NCBI GenBank assembly: GCA_963805085.1
Contig: CAWDTA010000002.1
Coordinates: 1,280,001-1,344,000, forward strand
Length of the DNA stretch: 64,000 bases
DNA from: an uncultured Veillonellaceae bacterium
GTDB taxonomy: Bacteria; Bacillota; Negativicutes; JARBTT01
Direction of reading: 5' to 3'
Position numbers and translations under genes: made by a program. Below, in pieces: positions 38,636 to 47,928 of the stretch. Positions within the stretch are counted from its first letter, which is position 1; every line of letters begins with the position of its first letter. Under the pieces are notes generated by a model. It saw only the letters and a list, made by a program, of their open reading frames with translations, was not told the DNA's origin and ran no database searches.

Positions 38636-39967
38636 ATGGAATACTTGCAAATGTCGCAAATTGGTACTATAATTACGACTCTTGTAATAATGTTTATATA
38701 TTTATATCTATGCTTTGTTTATTGTGAGCGCAATATGGGGTGGTGGATTGTAGCATGGCTACTCTTTATTGTCCGACTTATCTTTTTTGATACGGACTTT
38801 ATTACCTGGAATAATTCAGTATTAGGATTTATCGTTTATCAACTGCTTTATATTGTTCCGTCGTTTCTGACCATGTACGCTTTTCATCTCTTTACAAATA
38901 AAGAACTAAAGAATTACTGGTTATATGGTATTGCAATCGCTGTTATTTTTGGTATAGTAGTTATTTTGACGAAGTTACCACATGATTACAAATTAGCTCC
39001 GCCTTTATGGTGTTCTGGCATTATACTCATATATACAGGTAAAATGCTGTTAGATATAAAGACGCAAGGTATAGGCAAATATATTACTGGAGTTGCATTT
39101 ATTCTTTGGGGTGCTCTGACCGTGCTATATCCGTTTTTTCATTATGATAAAATTGCTTTGCTAGCTGGACCGATAAGTGGTGTATTACGACTCATCATTA
39201 TGTCTGGTATACTAATGGTCTCTTTTGAAAAAACCAGAGCAGATTTGATTACGAAAGAAGAACATTTTGAAAGCCTACAGCAAGCTAACCAGGAACTCAA
39301 CTATTTTTGCCATTCTGTAGCGCATGATTTTAAAGCACCATTACAGTCAATCAATAAACTTTCTAAATATTTTATGCGTGATTATGCCGACAAGGTTGAC
39401 AGTAATGGACAAGAGTTAATTACACATATTCAAAACAAATCAGCGGAAGTCGTTGGTATTACCGATCATTTGCTGGAACTCTCTAGAATGTCTCAAAAAC
39501 AGATAGCAATGGAAGATATTAAATTGGAGATTTTATTTCGTGAGGTATATGATGAACTAATAGACCTCCAGCCAGAAAGACAAGTGCTTTTTAAGATAAA
39601 GCAACTCCCAATGATTCATGGCGACCCCATCATGATAAAAATACTGGTGGCCAATATCCTTTCCAATGCGCTTAAATATTCCCGCAATTGCAAGCAAGCG
39701 ATCATTGAAGTGACCTCTGTGGAGAATGAAAACGATTATATTATTTCAGTTAAGGATAATGGTGCAGGTTTTGATATGAGTGAATCTTCTAGGCTTTTTA
39801 AAATTTTCGAGAGACTTCATTCTGTTGATCAGTTTGAAGGAACAGGTGTCGGTCTTGTGGTATGTCAGAAGATTTTAAAACGGCATAATGGAAGTGCGTG
39901 GCTTACTGGCAAGGTAAATGAAGGGGCAAATTTCTCCTTTAGCTTTCCGAAGAACGTAATGCCTTAA
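38636..39967 (+). CDS. Multi-TM (about 7) sensor histidine kinase 2 (tandem paralog)
   Basis: Same architecture. Kinase half is nearly identical in DNA to kinase 1. AAGGAG RBS. Confidence 0.93.
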   Translation: MEYLQMSQIGTIITTLVIMFIYLYLCFVYCERNMGWWIVAWLLFIVRLIFFDTDFITWNNSVLGFIVYQLLYIVPSFLTMYAFHLFTNKELKNYWLYGIAIAVIFGIVVILTKLPHDYKLAPPLWCSGIILIYTGKMLLDIKTQGIGKYITGVAFILWGALTVLYPFFHYDKIALLAGPISGVLRLIIMSGILMVSFEKTRADLITKEEHFESLQQANQELNYFCHSVAHDFKAPLQSINKLSKYFMRDYADKVDSNGQELITHIQNKSAEVVGITDHLLELSRMSQKQIAMEDIKLEILFREVYDELIDLQPERQVLFKIKQLPMIHGDPIMIKILVANILSNALKYSRNCKQAIIEVTSVENENDYIISVKDNGAGFDMSESSRLFKIFERLHSVDQFEGTGVGLVVCQKILKRHNGSAWLTGKVNEGANFSFSFPKNVMP

Positions 39968-40095
39968 TGTCAGACATAGAACAGTCATGTAAAGCGGTTG
40001 TAGGGACAAGAAAGTAATATAGAATTTCTATAGGGGCAGTATCCGTATAATACTTGATATTTATAACTCTGTTCACCATCTATCGATGATTTCGT

Positions 40096-40126
40096 GACTT
40101 TGGAATTTTTCCAAAGTCTTTTTTTT
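40096..40126 (+). repeat. Right copy of the tRNA-Ser terminator (putative decayed attR)
   Basis: gactttggaatttttccaaagtctttttt, one mismatch to 30872-30900. Confidence 0.75.
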
Positions 40127-40273
40127 CTGAAAATTTATTACTGATCATAATTAATTTGATTGCAAAAATTTGTAAAAGTGATAAAATGAATTTATATAGA
40201 AATAGATAATTGAAGTTTATTAATAATAATTATAAATAAGTTTTCGTTTATAGAAAAAGGAGTGAGCTGGTAT

Positions 40274-41788
40274 ATGAATAAAAATATTAATCAGGAACCA
40301 GTAGTTATTGTTTTATTTGGTGCTTCTGGTGATTTATCAGCACGAAAAGTGATTCCAGCTTTATATAATTTACATATAGGTGGATTTTTACCGGAGCAGT
40401 ATTCCATTGTTGGGGTGGCACGTAGTGAGCTGAGCGATGTATTATTGCGCCAGCACTTGCATGATGGAGTGAATAAATTTTCGAGAAGAGGCATAGCGGG
40501 CGAGCAGGAGTGGGATTCTTTTGCTGAGCATGTCCATTATATTCAAGCGGATTATGATGATCGGGAACTTTATGAGCGTTTGATTAACCTAGGGGATCCT
40601 TCTTGGGAAAAGCCGCCAAATATTATTTTTTATTTGGCGACACCACCGAATTTATTTACAGTAGTAATTGAGCAGTTGGGGAAAATACCTGCGCTGCGTG
40701 GCGATATGCGGTATCGGATGGTAATCGAAAAACCTTTTGGTCATGATCTGGAATCGGCACGCGCTTTAAATCAAAATTTACTGCAGGTCTTTGAAGAACA
40801 GCAAATTTATCGTATTGACCATTATCTGGGTAAAGAAACCGTACAAAATATATTAGCATTTCGTTTTGGAAATGCGATTTGGGAACCGATTTGGAATCGT
40901 AACTTTATTGACCATGTGCAAATTACGGTTGCTGAGAAAATTGGGATCGGTCAGCGTGGTCGTTACTATGATTCGGCAGGGGCACTTAGAGATATGATTC
41001 AGAATCATCTGATGCAGCTCTTATGCCTGATAGCGATGGAAGCGCCGTCGGCGTTTACTGCTGATGAAATTCGCAATAAAAAAGTCGATGTGATGAATGC
41101 GATACGCTTAATTACTAAAGCGGAAGTTCCCGCTTATGCGGTGCGTGGACAATATGGACAAGGCTCAGTCGTTGGTAAGCAGGTGCAGGGCTATCGTGAG
41201 GAAAAAGATGTGGGGAAAGCGTCAAATACAGAAACCTTTGCGGCTTTAAAACTATTCGTTGACAATTGGCGTTGGCAAGGCGTTCCGTTTTACTTACGTA
41301 CTGGCAAGTGTATGCCAGGGCGTGTTTCGGAAATTTCGCTGCAATTTCGTCCAGTGCCACATCATCCATTTTCACATTTAAATACACAAGTGTTTCAGCC
41401 TAATCGTTTAGTGATTCAAATTGAACCAAATGAAGGCGTAGTACTTCGGACGCAGGCAAAAGAGCCTGGACTAGGCATGCAGTTAAAACCGGTGGATATG
41501 ATGTATTGTTATCAAGACGTGTTTCATCAACCGTCACCAGATGCGTATGAAACATTGTTGGTCGATATTATGAGAAATGATCCGAGTTTGTTTATGCGAG
41601 CAGATCAGGTGGAAGCGGCTTGGACCGTGATTCAACCGATTCTTGATGTTTGGAGTGAAACGAAAGAGTTGAACTTCCCGAACTATCAAGCTGGGCAATG
41701 GGGACCGTCAGAAGCGGAAAATTTAGTAGCACGTGATCGGAAAACTTGGCTTTTACCAATTTCTTTTGAACCAAAACGAGGGAGTTGA
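40274..41788 (+). CDS. zwf: Glucose-6-phosphate 1-dehydrogenase
   Basis: FGASGDL..RK, EKPFG.D, RIDHYLGKE, RDMIQNHL and RW.GVPFYLRTGK. Confidence 0.97.
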   Translation: MNKNINQEPVVIVLFGASGDLSARKVIPALYNLHIGGFLPEQYSIVGVARSELSDVLLRQHLHDGVNKFSRRGIAGEQEWDSFAEHVHYIQADYDDRELYERLINLGDPSWEKPPNIIFYLATPPNLFTVVIEQLGKIPALRGDMRYRMVIEKPFGHDLESARALNQNLLQVFEEQQIYRIDHYLGKETVQNILAFRFGNAIWEPIWNRNFIDHVQITVAEKIGIGQRGRYYDSAGALRDMIQNHLMQLLCLIAMEAPSAFTADEIRNKKVDVMNAIRLITKAEVPAYAVRGQYGQGSVVGKQVQGYREEKDVGKASNTETFAALKLFVDNWRWQGVPFYLRTGKCMPGRVSEISLQFRPVPHHPFSHLNTQVFQPNRLVIQIEPNEGVVLRTQAKEPGLGMQLKPVDMMYCYQDVFHQPSPDAYETLLVDIMRNDPSLFMRADQVEAAWTVIQPILDVWSETKELNFPNYQAGQWGPSEAENLVARDRKTWLLPISFEPKRGS

Positions 41789-41794
41789 AATAGA

Positions 41795-42514
41795 ATGAAA
41801 AAAATTTATCAAGATATGAATGAAGTATGCGTAAAGACTGCAGAGTGGTTTGTTGCTGAAGCGAACAAGGCGATGGCAAAACATGGTAAATTTACAGTCG
41901 CCCTTTCGGGTGGCTCAACACCACGTCAACTGTTTGCGGAGCTGGCCAAACCAGAGTGGCAAAAGCAAATGGATTGGTCAAAAGTTATTGTCTTTTGGGG
42001 TGATGAACGATTTGTGGCACCGACTGATGCGCAAAGTAATCAAAAAATGGCACGTGAAACTTTGTTAAATCATGTGCCTATTGCTCCCAAAAATATCATT
42101 CCCGTTCCATTTTTAGCAACTGCAGAGCTATCAGCAAAGCAATACGAGTTTGAGCTTAAACAAATATTTGCTGATTTACCGAAATTTGATCTCATTTTAT
42201 TGGGCTTAGGTGCCGATGGACATACGGCTTCCCTTTTCCCGGGCTCGTTGGCATTGACGGAGGAAACCCGTTGGGTTTGCCCGTCGCAGCCCAAAGCAGG
42301 GGGACCAGAAAGAATTACGTTGACGTATCCAGTGATCAACAATGGAGCTTTGGTTTGCTTCTTAGTTACAGGGGCTGAAAAAGCGGCGATGATAAAAGAG
42401 ATATTAGAAGCTACACCCGGTAGCGAAGTTTATCCGGCACAGCGAATTCAGCCAACTTCAGGAAGAATTTTGTGGCTGTTAGACCAAGCGGCAGCAAGTG
42501 CATTAAAAAAATAG
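41795..42514 (+). CDS. pgl: 6-phosphogluconolactonase
   Basis: ALSGGSTP, FWGDERFV, LLGLGADGHTASLFP and RITLT. Confidence 0.96.
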   Translation: MKKIYQDMNEVCVKTAEWFVAEANKAMAKHGKFTVALSGGSTPRQLFAELAKPEWQKQMDWSKVIVFWGDERFVAPTDAQSNQKMARETLLNHVPIAPKNIIPVPFLATAELSAKQYEFELKQIFADLPKFDLILLGLGADGHTASLFPGSLALTEETRWVCPSQPKAGGPERITLTYPVINNGALVCFLVTGAEKAAMIKEILEATPGSEVYPAQRIQPTSGRILWLLDQAAASALKK

Positions 42515-42552
42515 CAAACAGATTAGCGTGAAAACGGCAGAGGAGGAATAGT

Positions 42553-43983
42553 ATGGCTAAGTTATATGATATTGGGCTAATAGGTCTGGCTGTTATGGGA
42601 CAAAATATTGTTTTAAATATGAGCAATCATGGTTTTCGTGTCGCGGTTTATAATCGGACAAGCAGTAAAACGGAGGAATTTAAAAAAACAATCGGAAATA
42701 ATGTGAACATCGGTGCTGCGCATACGATTTCTGAATTTGTGCAGATGATTGAGAAACCACGGAAGATTATGCTGATGGTAAAGGCAGGCGACCCGGTGGA
42801 TAAGATGATATCTGAACTTCTACCGTATTTGGATGAGGAAGATATTATTATTGATGGAGGGAATTCATTCTTTCTTGATACAAAGCGGCGTTTTAAGGAA
42901 CTAGCTGATAAAAATATTCGTTTTATCGGTATGGGCGTATCTGGTGGTGAGGAAGGTGCTCTACATGGTCCAAGCCTTATGCCAGGTGGTGATTTCTCCG
43001 CCTATCAAGAAGTGGCACCGATTTATCAAAAGATTGCGGCTAAGGTGCCCGGGGGCGTTTGTTGCACGTATGTCGGAAAAGATGGTGCTGGGCATTATGT
43101 GAAAATGGTGCATAATGGCATCGAATATGGTGATATGCAACTGATTAGTGAGGCCTATTATATTATGAAAATGGTCTTGGGCTTAAAAGCGGTAGAGATG
43201 CATGATATTTTTGATGAATGGAATAAAGGCGAGCTGAATTCTTATTTAGTTGAAATTACGCGGGATATTTTATTGAAATACGATGAGGAAACAGGAGTGC
43301 CATTGGTTGAAGTGATTCTCGACAAAGCGGGACAAAAAGGTACCGGGAAATGGACCTCACAAAGTGCTTTAGACCTAGGTGTACCAGTGCCTACGATTAC
43401 TGAGGCAGTGTTTGCTCGTTGTATGTCTGGCTATAAGGTTGAAAGATTGGCCGCTGCAGAAATTCTTTATGGACCTAAACCTATATATGAGGGTGATCGT
43501 GAATCTTTAATCCAAGCAATTCATGATGCCTTATATGCTTCGAAAATTTGTTCCTATGCACAGGGTTTTACACTTTTAAAAGCGGCAAGTGATGAATATA
43601 AATGGAATCTGAATTATGGTGATATGGCACTTTTATGGCGGGGCGGTTGCATTATTCGGGCGCAATTTTTAGATCGTATCAAAGATGCGTTTTCTGCCAA
43701 TGTAGATTTGCCAAATCTCATGCTTGATCCATTTTTTAGAAATCTATTGGCGAAGACGCAAGAGAATTGGCGGCTCGTTGTCAGCTTATGTAAGCAACAA
43801 GGAATCCCAACGCCTGCGTTTTGTGCTTCGTTGGATTATTATGATAGCTATCGGCAGGCTGTGCTTTCTGCCAATATGATACAAGCGCAACGTGATTATT
43901 TTGGCGCGCATACCTATGAACGTGTTGATAAACCGGGCGTTTTTCATAGCCAATGGTTGGTTGAGGGCGCAGAAAAGGGATAA
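42553..43983 (+). CDS. gnd: NADP-dependent 6-phosphogluconate dehydrogenase
   Basis: GLAVMG, IIDGGN, GVSGGEEGA, VKMVHNGIEYGDMQ, GQKGTGKWT and QAQRDYFGAHTY. Confidence 0.97.
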   Translation: MAKLYDIGLIGLAVMGQNIVLNMSNHGFRVAVYNRTSSKTEEFKKTIGNNVNIGAAHTISEFVQMIEKPRKIMLMVKAGDPVDKMISELLPYLDEEDIIIDGGNSFFLDTKRRFKELADKNIRFIGMGVSGGEEGALHGPSLMPGGDFSAYQEVAPIYQKIAAKVPGGVCCTYVGKDGAGHYVKMVHNGIEYGDMQLISEAYYIMKMVLGLKAVEMHDIFDEWNKGELNSYLVEITRDILLKYDEETGVPLVEVILDKAGQKGTGKWTSQSALDLGVPVPTITEAVFARCMSGYKVERLAAAEILYGPKPIYEGDRESLIQAIHDALYASKICSYAQGFTLLKAASDEYKWNLNYGDMALLWRGGCIIRAQFLDRIKDAFSANVDLPNLMLDPFFRNLLAKTQENWRLVVSLCKQQGIPTPAFCASLDYYDSYRQAVLSANMIQAQRDYFGAHTYERVDKPGVFHSQWLVEGAEKG

Positions 43984-44054
43984 AGATCGTCAAGTATCAG
44001 GGGAGCATGAATAAAAAATAGTTGTACTTGTAGCGATAAAAAGGAAAATTACTT

Positions 44055-44083
44055 TTGACAAATGACTGAAAAATCGCTATACT
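44055..44083 (+). promoter_or_regulatory. SigmaA promoter of tRNA-Cys
   Basis: TTGACA(44055-60)-17 bp-TATACT(44078-83). Confidence 0.75.
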
Positions 44084-44132
44084 ATATCTACTGACTCTTT
44101 GGAAGCAAAGATAGGAAAGCTAAATAGAGTTT

Positions 44133-44207
<75 letters not shown>

Positions 44208-44375
44208 AATTGTACTGATAGCTCATAATCGAAAGATTATGGGCTTTATTGTTTTATATGTACAAAGTGAAGCAAACGAACCTGAATGTGAAGTATAAAT
44301 AATAGGGCATACTAGAAGAGCTATTGCAAAATAAAAATGCAATAGCTCGTTTTGTTTTCTAAAGCTAAATATAAC

Positions 44376-44404
44376 TTTACAAAATAGAACATATATTCTA
44401 TTAT
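44376..44404 (+). promoter_or_regulatory. dinB promoter with LexA (Cheo/SOS) box in the spacer
   Basis: TTTACA(44376-81)-17-TATTAT(44399-404). GAAC-ATAT-ATTC at 44387-98 has one mismatch to GAAC-N4-GTTC. Confidence 0.7.
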
Positions 44405-44437
44405 GGGAGTAATGAAAAATCTTAGGGGGTGATAGGT

Positions 44438-45589
44438 ATGGAGAAACGAATTATGCATGTGGATATGGATGCTTTCTTTGCAGCCATAGAGCAAAGAGAC
44501 CATGCAGAATATAGAAATAAGCCAGTTATCGTTGGTGGGCTTAGCAACCGTGGCGTGGTATCGACAGCTTCTTATGAGGCGCGAAAATTTGGTGTTTTTT
44601 CGGCAATGTCGATGGCGGAAGCGAGAAAACGTTGCCCAGATGGAATTTTTGTTTCGACGAATCATCACAATTATAGTGAAGTATCACGGCAGATTTTTGC
44701 CATCTTTGCAGATTTTGCTCCTAGTATTGAGCCGCTATCTTTAGATGAAGCGTTTATGGATGTCAGTGGTATGGAAAAGTTGGTACAAGATTGGCGCGAG
44801 TACGCGTTAAAACTTAAAAAACGTGTCGAGAATGAAATTGGTTTAGTGGCTTCTGTAGGGGTAGCTCCGAATAAATTTTTAGCAAAACTGGCCTCCGATT
44901 TAGAAAAGCCAAACGGATTGGTAATCATTCAAAAAGAAAATGCCAGAGATCTAATCAAGGATTTGCCGATTCGTTCATTATGGGGTGTGGGCAAGAAGAC
45001 AGCAGTGCAGCTCAACGCGCTGGGTTTTTACACAGTAGGGCAAATTGCTACCGCGGAGCTTGGTTTTTTAGTGCAGCACTTTGGCAATTTGGCGTATCGC
45101 TTACTCGAACTTGCCAATGGTCGTGATGATCGAGAGGTCGAAACGGATCGTTTGACACAATCCATAGGTAATGAGATTACATTTGATCAAGATTTACTAA
45201 GTCGAGCGCAAGTAGAAAAAGAGCTCCTTGCCTTAGCGGAAAAGGTGGGCTGGCGCTTACGAACAGAAGGGTATGCGGCAAGGACGATTACGATTAAAAT
45301 CAGATTTGCTTCTTTTGCAACGATCACCCGTAGCCAAACTTTGCTGGAAGCGACTAATTTTGATGAGGATATCTATAGAACAGCCGTTGATTTATATAAA
45401 AAATGTGCGATCCCCGAGAAAATTCGCTTGCTTGGGATTACTGGCAATCAGCTATCGCTGAATGAACAGTTTAATTTATTTGAAGAAGATACCAAGAAAA
45501 AAACGCTTTACGGAACGTTGGATCAACTGAAAGGACGCTTTGGTGAAAAAATTATTACGAAAGCAAAATTGTTAAATCCCAAGGATTAG
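44438..45589 (+). CDS. dinB: DNA polymerase IV (Y-family)
   Basis: HVDMDAFFA, RGVVSTASYEAR.FG, SLDEAF.D, NKFLAKLASD..KP.G and LWGVG. Confidence 0.96.
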   Translation: MEKRIMHVDMDAFFAAIEQRDHAEYRNKPVIVGGLSNRGVVSTASYEARKFGVFSAMSMAEARKRCPDGIFVSTNHHNYSEVSRQIFAIFADFAPSIEPLSLDEAFMDVSGMEKLVQDWREYALKLKKRVENEIGLVASVGVAPNKFLAKLASDLEKPNGLVIIQKENARDLIKDLPIRSLWGVGKKTAVQLNALGFYTVGQIATAELGFLVQHFGNLAYRLLELANGRDDREVETDRLTQSIGNEITFDQDLLSRAQVEKELLALAEKVGWRLRTEGYAARTITIKIRFASFATITRSQTLLEATNFDEDIYRTAVDLYKKCAIPEKIRLLGITGNQLSLNEQFNLFEEDTKKKTLYGTLDQLKGRFGEKIITKAKLLNPKD

Positions 45590-45600
45590 TTTACATAACG

Positions 45601-45628
45601 AAAAAAGACCTTACAGTTGTAAGGTCTT
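45601..45628. terminator. Terminator shared by dinB and 6S RNA
   Basis: aagaccttaca-gt-tgtaaggtctt with a T-run on the minus strand. Confidence 0.7.
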
Positions 45629-45633
45629 ACTAA

Positions 45634-45815
45634 AGGTTTAGCCCGTAATGTCGCTCCTCGTTATGTCTAAACCTGCAACCTAGCAGGTGGGCATCATAGT
45701 TGTGATTTTGCTATCCACTCAAGGTGGTTCAGCAGCTGCAAAACATCCGATTCCCTAATGAAAAAAGTAGGTTAGACATAATTAAGGTTGGCGTGCACCG
45801 CAGGCGTCATCTCTA
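45634..45815 (-). ncRNA. ssrS: 6S RNA
   Basis: Minus strand reads gcctgcggtg...ttatgtctaacct...ggga...gcccacctg..gcaggtttagacataa...cattacgggc. This gives a closing stem, central bubble and CCCACCTG/CAGGT motif typical of Firmicute 6S. Promoter TTGCAT(45852-47)-17-TATTAT(45829-24) and a downstream terminator. Confidence 0.85.
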
Positions 45816-46041
45816 TGGTTGTAATAATACCATAAATGAAAGCGGTATGCAAGTAGAGAGGGCGAGGTTTTTATCTTAAAATTTTGGCAAATGAAAAAGT
45901 TTACATAATATAACGTAAACTTAAATTATTTATAGTTCAAAGGGGATTATAGTAAAAAAGGTTTTTTTTAGTGTTTGGCGAATTTAAATTAGTTGATAAT
46001 TACGGGGCTTATATATAATATGCACGAATAAGGAGAAAGTT

Positions 46042-46653
46042 ATGACAGATGAAGAAAAAAAAATAATTCATGCGATTTTAGTAAAACCTGGAGAAGAACC
46101 AGAGATTTGTCAATTACCACTCAATGTGGATGAACAGATAGAAGTGATTTCAGATATTTTAGAAGGAAACATTGGCAGTACGGAGTTTTTTGATATTGGC
46201 AATGGTGCATCCCTTTGGATTTTAGTAAATGATTTTGCGGTACCATTGGGCTTAAACCCAAATCGCCATCTACCGGGCAAAGATAAAGATGAGATTCTTT
46301 TTGGCAATGTGATTTTTATCGCGATTTACAATGAAAAGAGTGAATTTGAAGGCCCTGTCAATATGCCAGAAAATATTTGTAATATGTTTATTGAGCAGAT
46401 TAAAGCAAATTTTGAACAATGTAAAGGCGATGAGAAACCTCGTTCTCAAGATGAAGTTTATGTAGAATTTCCTGATAGCGAAAACGAACGCAGTTTTAAA
46501 TGGCGTGAAATCGAAAAACCAGAACATGTTGATAAGTTTGTTCAAGCAGGTCGGGCAAAGCTAATTAAACATGATGAATATGAAGTGATCGAACTTAACG
46601 GTCGTTATTTTAAACAAGTAACCATTGCAACAAAAAAGACACCATTGAATTAA
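46042..46653 (+). CDS. DUF3846-like domain protein
   Basis: LVKPGEEP, G.I and LVND.....GL.PNR......L.GN.IF pattern. AAGGAG RBS and sigmaH-like promoter at 45959-45983. Confidence 0.6.
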   Translation: MTDEEKKIIHAILVKPGEEPEICQLPLNVDEQIEVISDILEGNIGSTEFFDIGNGASLWILVNDFAVPLGLNPNRHLPGKDKDEILFGNVIFIAIYNEKSEFEGPVNMPENICNMFIEQIKANFEQCKGDEKPRSQDEVYVEFPDSENERSFKWREIEKPEHVDKFVQAGRAKLIKHDEYEVIELNGRYFKQVTIATKKTPLN

Positions 46654-46659
46654 CTTCAT

Positions 46660-46794
46660 AGAGTGTGTTTCAAAAAACACACAACCATAAAATTCAAGAG
46701 ACTGTTATAAGATGTCCAAATGCTAGGCTGGGCGAGAACTCGAGTGAGGGCTCGCAGGTTGAGCAACGCAGATGGGTATTTTGTAACAGTCTCT
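46660..46794. mobile_element. MITE/REP-like repeat family A, copy 2 (internally deleted)
   Basis: Highly similar to 15046-15209 but about 27 bp shorter internally. Inverted ends agagactgttataa / ttgtaacagtctct. Confidence 0.8.
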
Positions 46795-47861
46795 CATAGT
46801 GTCTTGTTAAAGCGCAGTAGTTTACAAAGTGCATATAACATTTGCGTAAAAACTCCAGCTTGATGTAGTAAATCTTTTCGGATTGCTTTTTCAGTTGGAG
46901 TTTTAATTTTTTGATCAGATAAATAAAGGGCGAGCAGACCACGGACAATTGTTTTAGTAAAAAAATTATGCGGGGTAAGTTCAGCTTTCCTGTAAGCTTC
47001 ACGATAAAACAGTTGCAACCGAGTAACTGTTTCTACCTCATCTTTATAGTAAAAGACAAAATTAAGGTCGCCATTATGAAGGTCTTCGGCTTGATCAATA
47101 AAATAATCCAGTTGTATATGTAATCCGCAAATCCACGGGAAGTAGGCAGTTTCAACCGCGGTAACTTCCGCTGGGGATAATTCGGGATTGTAGGCAATTG
47201 CCGTTAGCATAAACATACCAAGGGTGGAACCAGTTGCTGCGGCAAATTCCCAATCAGTTAAGTATTCGGTGGTGTTACATTCTTTTAACCAGGCGAGCAT
47301 TGCTGATTCTCGCACGGCAGGATCAATATGCTTATAGGTTTGCAGCTGACTATAAAGAGCTGCTAGTTTTAATATCACGGGTTTCACCAAGCCATAGCTA
47401 GGAATTTTTTTTACAATGGTCTGGCAAGTTGTAACGAGGTTGGCTAAGTAGGAACCGTCATCGCGAAACGGGTACTGCGCGTAATAATCTTTTTGTATTG
47501 CCTCTGGATCAAGCGCATCGGTCATCGCAAAGTGCAATTGACGAAAGGCTGCTTCGTCAGTAACCGCTGCCCGGTCGCAAAGATTATCAAGATAATCGCT
47601 GATCGTTTGCAGGGCAACGATAAATTTTATAAAATCCTCGGCGTCCACACCAGGATAAATGCTATAAAAGTTACCACCCTGACAATGAAACCGCTTGCCT
47701 GAGATACTTGCCAAAGCTTGTTTTTGTAGTTCACCATGCATGTTAACTTGGGCATAGGATTGCCAGGCATTTACCTCTTGATTTACTAGAGGTAAAACCT
47801 TATTTAAAAATTGTCGAATCATTTTTATGCTTGCAGTGGTAGTATAAAAAATTGTTTTCAT
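46794..47861 (-). CDS. ytpB: Tetraprenyl-beta-curcumene synthase family protein (YtpB/DUF2600)
   Basis: QALASI..K.FHCQGG, QTISDYLDNLCDR, W.FAAATGSTLG and GLHI.LDYFIDQ.ED...GDLNF. Confidence 0.88.
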   Translation of the reverse strand: MKTIFYTTTASIKMIRQFLNKVLPLVNQEVNAWQSYAQVNMHGELQKQALASISGKRFHCQGGNFYSIYPGVDAEDFIKFIVALQTISDYLDNLCDRAAVTDEAAFRQLHFAMTDALDPEAIQKDYYAQYPFRDDGSYLANLVTTCQTIVKKIPSYGLVKPVILKLAALYSQLQTYKHIDPAVRESAMLAWLKECNTTEYLTDWEFAAATGSTLGMFMLTAIAYNPELSPAEVTAVETAYFPWICGLHIQLDYFIDQAEDLHNGDLNFVFYYKDEVETVTRLQLFYREAYRKAELTPHNFFTKTIVRGLLALYLSDQKIKTPTEKAIRKDLLHQAGVFTQMLYALCKLLRFNKTL

Positions 47862-47928
47862 CTGAGAACCTCCGCAGTGTAAAAAAATACAATATATAAT
47901 AAGATATTCAAAGTTTTATATATTTATG

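Larger units (their letters stand above)
30855..40124. mobile_element. Putative decayed genomic island integrated at tRNA-Ser(GCT) (no integrase retained)
   Basis: Bounded by the duplicated terminator, with CCA 17 nt upstream in both copies. Contains phage-like small ORFs and signalling genes; AT-rich. Confidence 0.55.

Noticed and set aside
44321-44668. 115-aa ORF antisense to dinB, and the many other 60-185 aa ORFs nested in or antisense to long genes
   Set aside because: Shadow ORFs of well-supported genes, with no independent RBS or motifs.
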